Assembly: GCA_965649765.1 (NCBI GenBank)
Contig: OZ287759.1
Coordinates: forward strand, 24,614,001 to 24,678,000
Source: Bispira polyomma
Lineage: Eukaryota
Direction: 5' to 3'
Length of the DNA: 64,000 nt
This document shows, one piece after another, positions 13,728 to 27,559 of this stretch. A program made the translations under genes and the position numbers. Positions within the stretch are counted from its first letter, which is position 1. Each line of letters starts with the position of its first letter. The notes below the pieces were generated by a model that was given only the letters and a program-made list of their open reading frames with translations, did no database searches and was not told the DNA's origin.

Positions 13728-15559
13728 ATATGAAAAAAACATTCCTGACATTTGAAATATGATTACATTTAAAAAGATCTTACATCTGCAATATGCATGT
13801 ATAGTGATGGAGATACAATTACATTAGGTAAAACCCTCAATCCAATTAAATCAAACTTTGCTGTAAGAAGACACATTCTCATTGTCCTGTATTATCATCT
13901 CAGTGTCTTTGTATCTGCAGTATTTAGCTAAATAGTAATCAATTATGTCAAATCACCTTGGTTTTTTCTTTATAAGGGCACAAGTGATTCCTGAGTTTGG
14001 AGATGGGATATGTATATAATTTAGGTTGAGTAGGTACCAGTCCCTGTTATCCAATCTAGTGTAAGGTTCAAAGATCTGAGCCCCTTTCTGGTTGTAGTCA
14101 TGCAGATAAATGGGGGTCTATCTCGTGTAGCAAAGTGGGACAAAGTCATTGAAATTAATGACACAGAACTAGTTCACTCACAATGATTGTATATCTGCTT
14201 GACTGATTCGTAAAATCATAATTATATTCATTGTAATACTCATAACCAATGCAAATTTTTCATTAACAATATATAGCTTTTTGGGACACAAAAATGGAAC
14301 AAGATCATAAAAACAAATATGGTACAACTACTTCACACAAGAAGGATTTTAAAATGAAGCTGTTCAGAGTAAAGTTACTACATCTGTTATAAAGTGTGGT
14401 TTCATGATATGGTATCTGTGTAGTGTTTGGTGTCAGACCTGGCTGATTTATGGCCTGTGACATCATCCAGAAACTACACTTGTATTAGTGTAGGCTAATG
14501 AACTGACAACTTTTGATGTGGCTTTAGATTACGATGGAGTGTTATTATTATCACAGATTGTGAAGCTTCATATTGCACACATGTCTGTATTCTCTTCGTT
14601 TACGTGCAAACATTGAAAAACTTACACTGGCATGTGTTTGGGGTCAAATGTTCTAAGTGTACATTAGATTTTCTTGATGTCTTCCCTTTTCAAATGTGAT
14701 TTATCTGTAGAAATATGCTATATCCCAGCCACTAAATTCAGTAAAAGGTAGCATATTCCCTGTGATAGGATGTCACATTCTCTGAATCCTGTGACCTATT
14801 TAAAATTTGTTGGTGGAAAATAAGTTTCGCTTATCAGTAACTATGCCCAGGAAATGTAACAATCAATGTCGATAAGTAGTCAGTTTTAAAAGAAGTAATA
14901 ATAGGGTCCAAATTGATGTTGATACATTGTAATAATTAGTGCATAAATAGATAAAACTATAGTAAACTGCTCGTCTTACACAATAAAACATTGCAGTTCA
15001 GCAGAAATGCCTGTTTCCACCTATCCCCCACATGCAATAATTAATTTAAATGAAACTGTGTGCAAATGATTGAACTGCACATGTAAAGCTGTTCTCTAGA
15101 GAGAATTGCAAGTAATAGAGCCCTTCGTGTTCTTTCTAAGCTTTTTTATAGTTGTACCAGACTGGCAATTAATACAGAAGGTCATCTAATTAGTTTAAGG
15201 ATCTTTGAGGATTATTTACAAGCATCAATCTCAATATTGTATCTTTTAGTTGTATTTTTTCCACTTTTTGGTTGAATTAATGCAATACTCCACCTAATCT
15301 AAATAACTCACGCCTTTTGAATTTATTTTACTTCCTTGTCGTATTTCATATACTAAAATATTGTATTTTACTTTATTATCATTAAATGACTAAAATTGAT
15401 TAGTATGGGTACAACTAATAAATATTTTGTGTGGTGGGTAATTAAAGTGACCAAGGTAATGTGAAATTGCATTTTGCAGGTCATTTTGGTTACAATAGAT
15501 ATCTAAAACTTCTTTCCTTTCCCTGCAATGTATTGTGTACACCGACAATATGATAGATA

Positions 15560-15810
15560 ACCAGCAGTCCTTTTGCTTTTATTGAGCATTAATTGAGCTA
15601 GTTACTCTCCAGAAGGGAAATTGATGGTCATTCACTTGAAATAGAGACGGAGAAAACAACATTGTCTGCTTGTCAAATTGAATCCTCGTATGGTATTCCT
15701 CAAAATCAAGTCTTACGCTCTTAAGCTCACATATTGGAGCACAATATACATATATAGTATATACCTATGTGGGCTTTACTTTTGAGCTATGTGTGAGTTT
15801 TAGCTATAGT
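15560..15810 (+). repeat. Dispersed non-autonomous repeat (MITE-like family)
   Basis: Reverse-complement homologs at ~36725-37075 and 37940-38030 (core attaattgagct.gttactctcca...gggaaat). Confidence 0.6.
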
Positions 15811-17036
15811 TTCTTTGGCTTTAAAGAATACATACCTTGATCTTTACTGCATGATTTACAAAAACAGTAAAAAAGTACAGTAAAAAAGTACAGTGGCAGT
15901 GGTTAACCTAGTGGTTAACCTATGAAAAATACCTGTTTCTAATAATTTTCCATACATTTAACTAACAATTACTGACTCAAATATACATCAGCATTTGTTT
16001 CATTGGAGAGTTGTATCCAAGATTGATTACATTACTGTAGGTAATGTTTTTTGTTCAATTGGTGTGGACACTTCGAAGGGAAATACACCATCAAGTATTG
16101 TCCTAATTGCTTTTTTTGCATTTACTACTTTAAAGATTAGCTTATTATCAACAAATGTGATCATACTATTTTGTTATAGTATGATGAATATTTATTCTAT
16201 AATTAATTTACTTCTTTTAGCATAGGTATTTTTCCATTGTCATTTGTTTTTTCTGTTGATATAATTTCAGATTTACTGATTTTGTCCACTTCAGTGCCCC
16301 ACGTCCACCATTAACTGCCCTTAATCTTAGTTAAGTAACATTAATAACATGTGTATGAAACCTAAGATCATTTAAAGTGTTTGTGATCTAAACAATTACT
16401 CTTATTTATCACAAGTGTCTCTAGAATATGTAAAATTAAAATTCTGCAATAATAAGAAGACAAAAATGGTTAAATGGAAAAATGTTTAATGGAGATTAAG
16501 GAAAATAAAAAAATACCCAGTTGGCCATTATCCGTCGGCTTTGTAAACAATGATAAGATAAAGGCATGACCATTACAGTAATGTGTAAACTCCTTTAATT
16601 GGTGTTTTGTCAGTAACTGAATGCTACTATTTAGCAAATAACCTTGACAATGAATAACAATGTAATAATACAAGACAAAGAAACATTAAGCTATTTATAC
16701 AGATCCAATGAATAGAATCCACTTCAATTATCTGTGTGTCGGTCCTTGTGAAGAGGGAGGGGGTCATTAAATGAAGAGGGAGCATCCAGTCTTTCAGTGG
16801 CATTGAGTATTCTCAAAGGAGCATGTTTTGAACTCACATCTGTCTTGATACAAATGTCGAACACCTTTGTTTTAGCACTATATTATTTTTTCTCCACGCA
16901 ACAGTCTTCAAATGTGTGTCTTAATGTGCAGACAGAAATATGCTTTGTGTACTAAATTGTGGAATGATCTGCTTCATGATCTTCGCACTTCCTCCTCACT
17001 GTCTCCTCACTGTTTTGGAACGAAGTTAAAAACCTA

Positions 17037-17247
17037 CTGGTGCTGTAACAGTTAAAGCCTGCTGGCAGATAAGGCCCTGAATTTAATGGTTATTATCTCC
17101 ACAAATAATGTGGTACTGCAAACTAAACGCCACAGTAAATAGACAGGTGTATTGAAAATTTATAAAAAAGCAATATTTAAATATATCTCCACTGAAACAA
17201 TGGGTGGGCCTTTTACTGATTGTAGGCCTTAACTGTAACAGCACCAG
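17037..17247. mobile_element. Tc1/mariner-type MITE, 211 bp
   Basis: ~26-bp TIRs (CTGGTGCTGTAACAGTTAAAGCCTGC ... GTAGGCCTTAACTGTAACAGCACCAG) with TA on both sides. The empty site is visible in copy 1 (aaaacctacc at 541-550). Confidence 0.92.
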
Positions 17248-18078
17248 TACCTATTTGGCAATGCTTTTCCACCTTAGCCTCTTTGCTATTTCCAGTGTCT
17301 ATAAGGTCATGACCCCTGTACGTCCAATGGCTATATGAAATTATAAAAATTATTTTCCTGTCTCGTGCATCTTAAATTTTGCTAGCATTGAGAGAACTGC
17401 TTGTTACAATTAAGGGGAAAATGTAGGCATAAAATCACATAGTGATGCTCAAACTAAGTTTATTAATACAAAGAATCCGGAATCATTCCCAAAGTAACTG
17501 GCGCCAGTGTATACAAAATAATCTGTAGACATAGTACAACAATGGATCAAAAAACGGTCCACTGGATGGGTCCCAAAAGTCCCTCAATTATGCTGGTCAC
17601 AGGATAAAATCAAACAGTCCGGTAGAAAAGCGAGTAAAAAAACGTCACACTGCTGGTTGTTTGAATTTAGGAAGTATTGAACATAAATATCAAGGTTACG
17701 AAGAGACGAGTGTGATAAGCAACATGACGAATTTTGGCCATATCCTGTGTGTATTTTTAGCCGTAGGCTGCGCTAGCAGTCACTTAATTGTATACGTGAT
17801 TTAAAACATTTAAATTCCATTATAGCTTAAATAACTGGATAAAATCATTAACAACTATCACCACCCTATTTTTAACCATTAAAAACTAAACCTAACTTAA
17901 TAATAACATAACCTACAATAAAATGAGTAGTTTCGGGTGAGCACTAAACCCCCTCCCCCCATAAGCATCAGATATGTTATAGAAATTAAATGTTGGCTAT
18001 CTTTTTCGTAACTCCCATTTGATGCATAAAAAATGTATGTGATATTTAAGCTCATTCATACAATTGAAACTGTAAAGT

Positions 18079-18348
18079 TCATTTGCAGAAATCACAAATG
18101 AAAGATTCTTTTTGTGTTATTGAAATTCCCAAACACAAACAATGGAACCACCGTTCGCATGTATCGCATCCTGCCCATTTTATGTTTGTAATGCTTTTGT
18201 TCCTTGCAGATTTTCCTATCCCCTTACCTGTTCCTTTAGGTGGTGGAGTTGGTTGCATACAATTACAACAAACTGTTGTATCAACCACAGTGTCAGTAAG
18301 GACATTATCCCTTTTCGCATCATTGTTTGAAACAGTTGAAATGAACAA
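18079..18348 (-). pseudogene. PHD finger, probably the C-terminus of a pogo/Tigger-like transposase
   Basis: CCNC...WAGCDTCERWFHCLCLGI...FICDFC fits the C4HC3 pattern. It is on the same strand as the HTH relic at 24230-24451. Confidence 0.75.
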
Positions 18349-18999
18349 GTTGTTCAGGACAATGTTTCATTTCCCCAAGTAACAGGTCAAAGGTCAGAGA
18401 TCAAGAACACAGGTATGTATACACACAGGATGCGGTAAATTATTTATTGTTAGACTAAGATGTTAAACTACTATGTACAAGGCAACTTAAGGTCACCATA
18501 ACTAATTTTTATATTACAAGAAGTAAGTGACTTAAGGCCACCTACAATAAATATTTTTTTTAGATTATTAATTTTGATAAGGTCACCTTACCTTTAAGGA
18601 AAAGTCATTGTCCATATTACATTTATACGGCCCTGTGGGCAGTTAAGCAAAGGTGACCTTAGAGTCCAAATGAAGTTACGATAACCTGTGAATTTATGGT
18701 AAAGTTTAACTAGAACTGCATTATAGGCAGAGATATATTTAACGGTGTTAATAATAGCACTGTAAGCATAGCCTCAAGAGTGAGACAATTACAGTTAAGT
18801 TACTGAGTTTATGACTATCAGGTTACGTAATTACAGTTAAGTTACTAGCAAGTTACGTCATTTATTAAAGTGAGCTTTAGAAGTATCTACATATACTTTA
18901 TGAGTAATAAGTGAATTACCTGAGTAAGTTACAGCTGTAAAATCATTTACATATGACAATCAGCCAAACCCCAAAAGGTAGGGTAGGAGAAAGAAGGCT

Positions 19000-19990
19000 T
19001 AAGGAAGGGGGGAGACTGTAAGTTGATGCTTAAAGGTGTCAGCCACTTGGTTGCCGGCATCAACAGTGTCGGTGACAAACCGTCACATGCAATCCGAGGT
19101 CCAGGTGCCATGGTTTTGTATATTTTGAATGTTAACATTATTATTGAAGGCAAATGTGGCACCTGAATGACGGAAAGCGTGTAGGGTAAGTCCAGACTCT
19201 TTAAGGTTCAGTCTGGCAAGAATATCTGTGAAATGATGATGTACCTTAGTGTCAGTTAGAGGTACCCACTTCTGGCTGACTTTTATTTGGAATAAGAGAA
19301 GGTTAACACCAGAAGGTGAAATAGCCATAATGTCCTCAAGTGACCTCAGAGGGCAAAGGGGGGAGCCTATTAGACGGATGATGATGATTATTTTGATTTG
19401 TTTATTATTCTGCATGGTCTTTGACCATTGAATGAATAGTACAGCCTTATCAGGATGAAACATAACGTCCCCACATGCTAGATGTTTTAAAGGAGAAAAA
19501 AGGTGGACAGCATGGGGAACAAGGTTGGAAAGGCGTAAGAAAGAAAAGAAGCTAACTAGGTATACAGCTTGAAACACCAGTCCCACGTAAGTGATGAGTG
19601 AAAGTCTCACAATTTTACCCAAAGTGGAAATATCTATAATTTTTTTCAGTTTAACCTGGAGAGGGGCCGACATCTGGACAGCCTTTTTACAGTAAGCAAT
19701 CCGTGGGTCACTGAAGGCCAGAATGGGGACATTATGGACAATAGACTTAGCCTTGATAGCAGAAAGATACTTGGCCATCAAAGCAGGTTTTACAGAATTA
19801 AAATTTAGCAATTTTAAGAAAGCAAGGAGGTGAAACACAGTCACCTGATCCACTGGAAGATCCATGAAGGCAGCATAGGCATGATATACTCTATACATTG
19901 ATTTGTAGGACCTGTCAGTAGATCTACAGAAAGCCAGGTGTAGCTTTGCAGTGGCATGTCTGTATAGTGACTGCTGAACCGGGTTACTCT
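19000..19990 (-). pseudogene. Tyrosine recombinase of Ngaro B
   Basis: FLRLSNL, WSKT.Q, LCPL, HAFRHSGAT and HGTWTSD in ORF 19083-19898; the C-terminus is frameshifted. Confidence 0.9.
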
Positions 19991-20029
19991 CTGTAAAAAT
20001 AAAACCACAAGGAAGACACTAATGCTATG

Positions 20030-22461
20030 TTATTTATATATTTTCGTTTACTTTAAGGTGATCATTTGTAACAGAGCACCACTGAATTGGAACTGCAAGT
20101 TCATGTAAGCGAATATAATTCTGCTGAGAGTTGGTCCATTGTGACAGTAGATCAGCAGTGGAGTTGTCTTCACCTAGATATGTATTACTTTCAGCTCCAC
20201 ATCATATTGGCTTGCTGTCATGAAAATATTTCTAGAGTATAGAGCTAGAGTCTCATCTCATGTTCTACCATGGGTGAGAACACTGGGTGAGTACTGCACG
20301 ACCTCTCTATTGCACACCCCACAACCTGAGAGCTACCAATATGTTAAACATTTCTAGGGAAGCAATATTTAGTTGTTGCATTTCAAAAGGTATAGATAGG
20401 GTGTATACTTAATTGTCATAAATACCTCCCATACCAGTAAGGCAGGCATCTAATTTTATAATAGCAGTAATGGGTTTGTGTTGAAAAAAGGAAACCCCAT
20501 TGAATTTGGTAAGAAAGGTTCTAAACCAATTGAGATCTTTGTTGAATTCAGGGGTAATTTTGATTTATTTATTTTTGTGGTTGCTTCTGAGGAGGTGGAG
20601 CATCCTATAAAGGAAAAACCTGTAGTATTTCACACATTTTGAAATATATAAGAGAGAACCTAGTAGGCACTGTAGTTCACGTTTAGTACAGAATTTTTTG
20701 TTTGCCCAGCTATCACAAGTGGTGTGGATATTTAGTAATTTCTCCTCTGGTATGGAGGTGGTGAACTCCACAGTGTCTATAACAATACCCAGACAGGTAA
20801 CCTGTGTAGCAGGGGGAACCAGTTTGTTCTTACTCAAAGTCAGACCGAGTTCGGTTAATAGAGCCTGCAATCTATTGTAGGTTTTGTAGATTTTTGTAGG
20901 TACTGAGCAGCAAAGAAGATTGTCGATGTAGTTCGTAATCTGATGACCTTCACCTTGCATTATATCCCTTATTCCATCCGAAATTCGCTGGAAAATGGCC
21001 GAACCGTCCTTATAACCAAACGGGAGCGAGCCAACTATGTAATAACCATCCCAGTACAGTCCCAGCAAATTAATATCTCTCGGATCTATAGTCACATGTC
21101 TAAAAGTGCGACTTATATCAGCTTTAAAGATTAAGGAACCTTTTCCCATGACAAGTACCTGCTCAGTGATTGTATCAATAGAAGGATAAGTGAGTATAAA
21201 TTACTTTCCTAAGTATGTGGTAGGACACACTGCTACATTAACCGAATGTCCGAGGGGCCATCTTAAGTCAATGATAACTCGTCGGTTAATCGAACTCGAC
21301 TTGTCCCTGGTCATGAAAGAAGTACTTTATCAATTAGGGGAATTGCAAATGGGCCATACGTGGCTCCAAAGTTAAATTCCTCTTTTAAATAGTAAGTCAC
21401 ATGATCTGGATACTGAGTAGCTGAAGAATGGTTATCGAGTTCAGAGTGAAAGACATGTTCCTCGTCACAATCAAGGGGGGAAACCAAATTTTATGAGTAA
21501 AGGGAGTTCCCAATCCCAATACCCAGTCAAGTATTTGTCCCACTCTAGGGCATTCAACTGTGTAATCACGGGTATTTGTAAACCCCTATAATTGGACCGC
21601 CCATCTTGTTTTAGTCGCTTATGTAAAGCGAACACGTCAATAGTAACCTTGTTATGTGATTCATTTTGAATGGGTACACCCCACAAGTGGAATAAAACCA
21701 AATTTCCCGTTATTTTGAATATCCCACAACTTGTCGGTATTGCAGTCTTTGGCACTATTTAGACGCTGTCTTTTTTTGGGACATTTGTACACTTTCAATG
21801 CATATTTGTCGTCCCAAGTATTCACTTGAGTGTTGTACGTTTTTGCTTATTTGGAGGCTTTTGACAAGATTTGCCATCAACCACGGGGGCAGAGACAATA
21901 GTTTCCGCGGCCTGTACACTAGCGGAGTCTAACAATGCAAATCTATTGTAAACGGGTAATTGAATTGTTGACACCTTGTGCCAGGTTAGTTTGTTTTACA
22001 TTCGGGGACAAAGAATGCCCCCCTTTTGGGGGAGGGGCTTTTTGACACCTATTGTCTGCCCCGGCTTTGGCAATTTGTGACACATTGTTAGTCCTGCTAA
22101 CAATAGAGCATAAATTGGATCTGTTGGCACAGAAGTTTCCATTGTGCGACCTGGGAGAATGTAAAGGCTTATTTACACGTTTTAGTTTGGCACCCTTTGT
22201 TTTACTGAAAGCTCTCGTTTTTACTTCCAAAGAGAAAGCCTGCCTCTCAATATTCCCAACATCACTCACAGGACCTTCTTGTTTTATTTTGTCAGAAACA
22301 TCTTTTCCCAATACCACGTCCCTGTAAGACCTTTTTGACACACTTGATACATGATTAAAACACAGATTAAAATCAGTAAATGCAGAATTATACACAACTT
22401 TAGAGTAGACTTTTTGTAACCTTTTTCTCTCTGCCACTGCATTATTGCAGTGGCCCCTTAG
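20030..22461 (-). pseudogene. pol (RT + RNase H) of Ngaro B, multiply disrupted
   Basis: ORFs 21943-22437, 21471-21755 and 20565-21149 (KADISRTFRH, LPFG, YIDN, CLGIVID). Confidence 0.88.
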
Positions 22462-22467
22462 TTTTTT
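22433..22467 (-). promoter_or_regulatory. Predicted -1 ribosomal frameshift signal
   Basis: Minus strand: A_AAA_AAC, TAAGGG spacer, GCCACTGCA-ataa-TGCAGTGGC. The -1 frame is the pol frame. Confidence 0.8.
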
Positions 22468-23799
22468 ACATTCTTTTTAGTATACAGTTTTGTCTGGTGG
22501 CCCCCCTCACAATTCTCACAGACATGCTTGAATAACTGACCCAAAGTACGATGACTTGCATTAAACTTGCAGGTGCCTTCTTGGAAGAACCTGCAGTTCA
22601 CGGCTTGGATTTTAAGCTGTATCTTACTCTTAGAGGCACCATTTGACTTATTAGAACCAGAGCCACTGGCACCTGAAGTAAGGTGGCGTTGGGCATGAGC
22701 CCGACATATGCGGTCAATCTTATCAACGTCGGTCCGTTTAGACGATCAAGTTCCATATTTGTTAAGAGAATTGCGTGTGAGGCCTTGGCTGCTTCCCATG
22801 AAAAATCTAGGGCATCATCCATAAGATTAGCCAAATACTTGAGCATAGCTTCTCGCACGGCCGGGACCTTTTGTTCTTGCACACAACGTATGAAACCAGA
22901 TGTAAATTGGACCAGAGATAAATCATCATAGGTGGGTCTGGTCTTTATGGTTCCAGATAAAATGAAATTCTGGGGCCAGTCTACAGCCCTTTTTATAGGT
23001 GCATCAACTCCCCCACGTTGAGATTTAATTTTACCTCCTGCCCAGTCATTTAATTGTTGCAACTGCAGTAGGCGCTGATCCACCTGAGACTAAAGGTTTT
23101 CATTTGATCTAAGAAAATCTAAGGAGGAGACTACTGCCTCGACGGCTGGTTCAGAAACACTACTAGCAACATTTTTACTTGGATCACTAGCAACACTATT
23201 GGCGATAATGGTACTAGCAGTACTGGCTACAGTAACATTTGACAAATTAGTACGTGCCTTATTGGCGCTGGGTGAGCACAGCGTTGCCTCTGTAACCTGC
23301 ACACATTGGTTCATGCTATCCATCTTCTCATTGAGAGACTGAAGCTGCTGTAAGATCAAACTGGACACTGTATCCGACATCTCAGGGGTAGTAGCATGGC
23401 CAACCGTGGTTATTTCATCGGCGACGCCATGCCCCAGCATATGACAACATTTTTTTCCCACTGGGCGTTCATGTTTGCCCATACATGCACTGCATTAAAA
23501 CTCCTTCTTAGACATCATGCACTTTGAATTAAAATCAGTTAAAAACAATATGTAGGGTAGTAAAAGCCCCACTTGTAAAACACTCTTGTTAGGTGTATTC
23601 ACAAAGTATTATTGATGGCGCTTGCTTGGCACCAAAGCCTTTTATATCTGCCCCCTGACCCCTGATGGCCTAATTGCAACCCCCAGTGACCTGGTACCAG
23701 AAATGAGGGGGCTGACACCAAGGCATCAGCCCACCAATTTCAATACCGGAGGAATGACAACTTAATTATTATCTGTAATAACTTCATCATTAAATTAAT

Positions 23800-24451
23800 A
23801 TATTAGAAATTGTATACCATTTGCATCTACATAACAGTTAATGGTGAGGTATGTGTGGGTGACTCTGCAGCCATGTCTTTCTCAATCACAGATTTGGATA
23901 ATGTTTCCTTCTTCTTTGCCTGCAGTCGAGTTTCGTTTTTGATGCAGGGTTAAACCTTTATTCAGAAACATAATTGCACATATGTTCATATGAGGCAGGT
24001 TAACATAATATGTCAATGTCATACTTATGTTAATCTCAATAGTAACCACCCAAGTTGTATTTTTATCCAAATGCCATAAAATACTGCTGTCCATCAAAAC
24101 TAATGTTTTAGTACTGTTCTTTTTTGTTACTACATATATATGGTGTTTATATGCGTGGCAGTGTGTCTTCTTTACAAAACTTTATAATATTGTGCCACAA
24201 ATATCACTTCATCTTAGAGGTATATTTCTTTAATTCATGTATTCAACATACTCAACTAGAGCAATTTCTTCATCTTTTGATAGCATTCTATAAATCCCTG
24301 GAAGTTTGAACTCAACAATTTCTGCCACTGGCATGATCCGAAATGGTTTTCCTTGGCACACTATATCTTTGGATGCTGCATTAATGTTGCACTTTCCATC
24401 TGTTACATCTTTAACAGTATCATACTCATTCAAATTATCTAAACTCTCCAT
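23800..24451 (-). mobile_element. pogo/Tigger-like transposase relic (psq-type HTH + CENP-B-type HTH)
   Basis: VKDVTDGKCNINAASK and LSKDEEIALVEYVEYM match the two-HTH N-terminus of pogo-family transposases. The DDE domain is mostly missing and no TIRs were found. Confidence 0.65.
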
Positions 24452-27400
24452 TAATCAACACTGCATCAAATAATACTGGTTGGCATTGGTTGATATTTTT
24501 TGTTCCTTCAAACTATGTGTCATTATCTTATCATTTGTTTATTATATGTTTTATGTAATAAGTTTACAGTAAATGGTATGTTATAAACACCTGTACATAG
24601 TAAAATTTTATAGAGATTTGTAAAGGTGGTGTGATGCCTTCATCACAGTTACAGGAAATCTCATGGTGGGTAGTCTTTACATTATTGAAAGCAATATGGA
24701 TGCACACTGAATTTTACAGTTAATTTTTGGCAAATGCTCAATATTTTCTGCATATAAGACAAGTTGTGTTATAGGTAATGACAAATACTTGTTGTTTACA
24801 GTTTCAGGTGGTAATAACAATCTTACTTGGTTTGTTTTTCATAATTGGAAGGTTCTTCTTATTTTTTGGTAAAACTACTGTAAAATAATTAATCTGAGCC
24901 ACCCTTTCTGAACAAAACAGAGGCAATCAGAAGTGTGGCTACAAAAGAAATAATACCTCCGATAACTTTGTTTACACAGGTGGCCATAATTGTAATTATG
25001 TTATATAAAATATGTGACATCACAAAGCCAATTGAATCTTGACATTACTAAAATGACTTGAAATATAGCAAGAATAATTTCAAATAAATATTTAAAAAAT
25101 CATTTGACTATAATTTATTAGTATAATTTATTCCATTTTTAAGATATGTTCAACATGAAAAAAAAAACATTAAAGATTTCTGTAACTACTGTAACATTCT
25201 CATATAACCATATAGCTGTTATAGTTTGGTTAACTATTCCTTTATTGAAGGACCTCAAAGTTAACTTTTGGGATGTTGTTGTCAACAGATATCTAACTTA
25301 ACTATAAAATAGAGATCATTCTAACATGAGATACCAATAGTTAATCACAAACTTTTATTAAAAACGGGAGTTGTTTATTTAGCATTGCTACTATGATTAA
25401 AAAAATAAATATTAAAAGTATGACAAATGGCTGACGTATTGCTGTTAAAGTTCAACATTAGTTTCACTCGATCAGAACTCAGTTCAAGCCATGTGAAATA
25501 TCTATGGACATCACTAAGGTCTCTACTTTTAGTGTGACCTGTTTTCATCCTAATTCTACTTTTCATCCGTTTGTCAACAAAATAACATGGCTTGTATTTC
25601 TGTCCGCAAGGCACAGTGAAGTGGGGAAGGAGACTACTCAAGCAACAACGATCAAAGGAAACGAGCAACATAACCACTGACGGATTTTTCTGCCTTCTTC
25701 TTGTTCAATACAAAAAAATAACTTATTGTCCACAGGTTTCAGGGGGAGGAATGGCATTATAAATACATCAATTATGATGTTGGCTATGATGTATAACATT
25801 AGTAGCAGTCGGAGATGGGACTTTTTGTCCAGAAAAATACTTGTATATATAAATATGACTGTATATTCTATATTGCCCTATAATAAAAACAATTATTAAT
25901 GTTTAGTGTGTGATGCTTTGTTGAAAAATAGATATCTTGTGAGGTTCCATGTAATTATTCACTCTAAGTCTTAACCCTGGTGACATACTTACTCTACCCT
26001 CATGAAACTATCCCTTCGTGCAGTAGAAAGGAATTCCATTTGATTATTTTCCCACTGTTTATTTAATAAAAGACACACAGTGACAACAATTTTGAAATAT
26101 GGAGGGGGAATATAAACAAAATTATTTTCTGGTGGTTTACCACTAATTTGATGGTAATTTTAGTAATCAGACAATTGAGACTAGGAGATGATCTGATACA
26201 CACTATTTTTCAGCAGGGAGCTCTCCACTCCACTGAGATTATTGTCCCAAACTGATTATTACACAATACAAACCAATTGTTCTAGTGTATATATCTCGCA
26301 TCCTGTTCGTTTTTTGTACACTGCCTTCCAAGAACTGAAGAGCTCTATAGAAGCAAAACAATGTGAACACTAATGTGCAATACTAGGCCTATGACAATGT
26401 TATATAGCAGAATAATATCAATGTCCCAAACTCAGTTATCTAAACCTTTGTTATCTAAACATTTGTTATCCAATTATTATATTTTATGGACATATTTCTA
26501 CTCTCTCAAGTTGATGTTATCATATTTTGTGTTTTACAGAAATGCATCTACTTCTATGGAAACTTACCACATCTTGCTCTCTTAGCATCTTTGGATAATA
26601 AGATTCCATTCTCTAATGTTGAATACCATCCAATAAATGGAAGTTTAACCAATTAACTTGACTAATTCCACAAGGGGATGTATGACAGGAGAACATTTCT
26701 ATTATCGGTGCAATCTTTTCTCAGAATGTATATATATATATATTTGATATTTGTTATTATTTCATTCATCTGTATTTGAGTATTAATTTCTATTTGTGTG
26801 ATGCAACAATACCAAATTTTGCTGTGAAATCACAAATTATTTCGTCCTGTATAATCACCCCAAGTGTCTACCTCTAAACTTAAATGAAAGCTTTGTCTAA
26901 ATATTTGTTCTGTTTTTGCTCCGTAAGGAAACAAGTGATTCCAGAGTTTGGAGATACGATCTCTGTATAATTTAAGTTGAGTAGGTACCAGTCTCCGTTA
27001 CCCAATCTTGTGCAAGGTTCCGAGATCTGAGCCCCTTTCTGGTTCTAGTCACGCAGATAAATGGGGCTCTTCCTGATTTAGCGAAGGCGATTTCCAGTGG
27101 GGCAAAGTTATTGAAATTAATGAGGTTGAAGTAGTTCACCTACAACCAATGCATAACTGCTTGTTTTACTGAGTCTTAATTATATACATTGTAATAATGT
27201 GCATGGCTATCAATAAAACATTAAACTTTTACAATAACTAAAAATTGGATATGAATTTTTTGTAAAATAGAAGGCTACAAAATAAAAAACAAAATTTGAA
27301 TGGAACCATTGAGATTAAGGGAGTCCAAAACATCGATTGTAAGGTAGTGTTTTTTGTGTCCTTTTAACAGACATTTCTTGTTGTATTTATCATCAACTAT

Positions 27401-27559
27401 TATGTGGACAATATAAAAAGGTCATACATCGTCAGGTATTATCCTTATTTTTGTACATTTAATAAGAAAACAAACAAGGCAACATTTGAATCCACAGCAG
27501 TTACAATTATCTTAAAAATTATCGTATTGTCCGTAAATTAGGCATTTAAATAATTATTA

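Larger units (their letters stand above)
10400..14710 (-). pseudogene. Decayed cytokine-receptor-like gene, copy 2
   Basis: Same block order as copy 1. RPCWLVDKWRKV in ORF 13325-13516; FN3-like PGNPSDVHTH.LMSNKIYLEY near 12400-12470. Blocks 10400-10750 and 11380-11520 are reverse-complement homologs of 36220-36460 and 35770-35880. Confidence 0.68.
18385..23770 (-). mobile_element. Ngaro/DIRS-type YR retrotransposon, copy B (defective)
   Basis: gag ~23515-22458 (CSACMGKHERPVGKKC, KSQRGG, WPQN); pol ~22461-20030 (LIKFGFP, RVIIDL, NYIDN, RNase H relics); YR 19990-~19000. Termini approximate. Confidence 0.9.
16480..27139 (-). pseudogene. Decayed cytokine-receptor-like gene, copy 3 (most complete), split by a ~7.6-kb nested insertion at 17402-25010
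   Basis: Acceptor ttgtag|GT at 27140; donor gtg|gtaagt near 26566; acceptor ctatag|AG near 26345. Reads GQ*SQWS at 26227-26247, then NSGKIIKW and LLVSFD...HFTVPCGQKYKPCYFVDK...HTKSRDLSDVHRYFTWLE (ORF 25375-25677). Confidence 0.72.
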
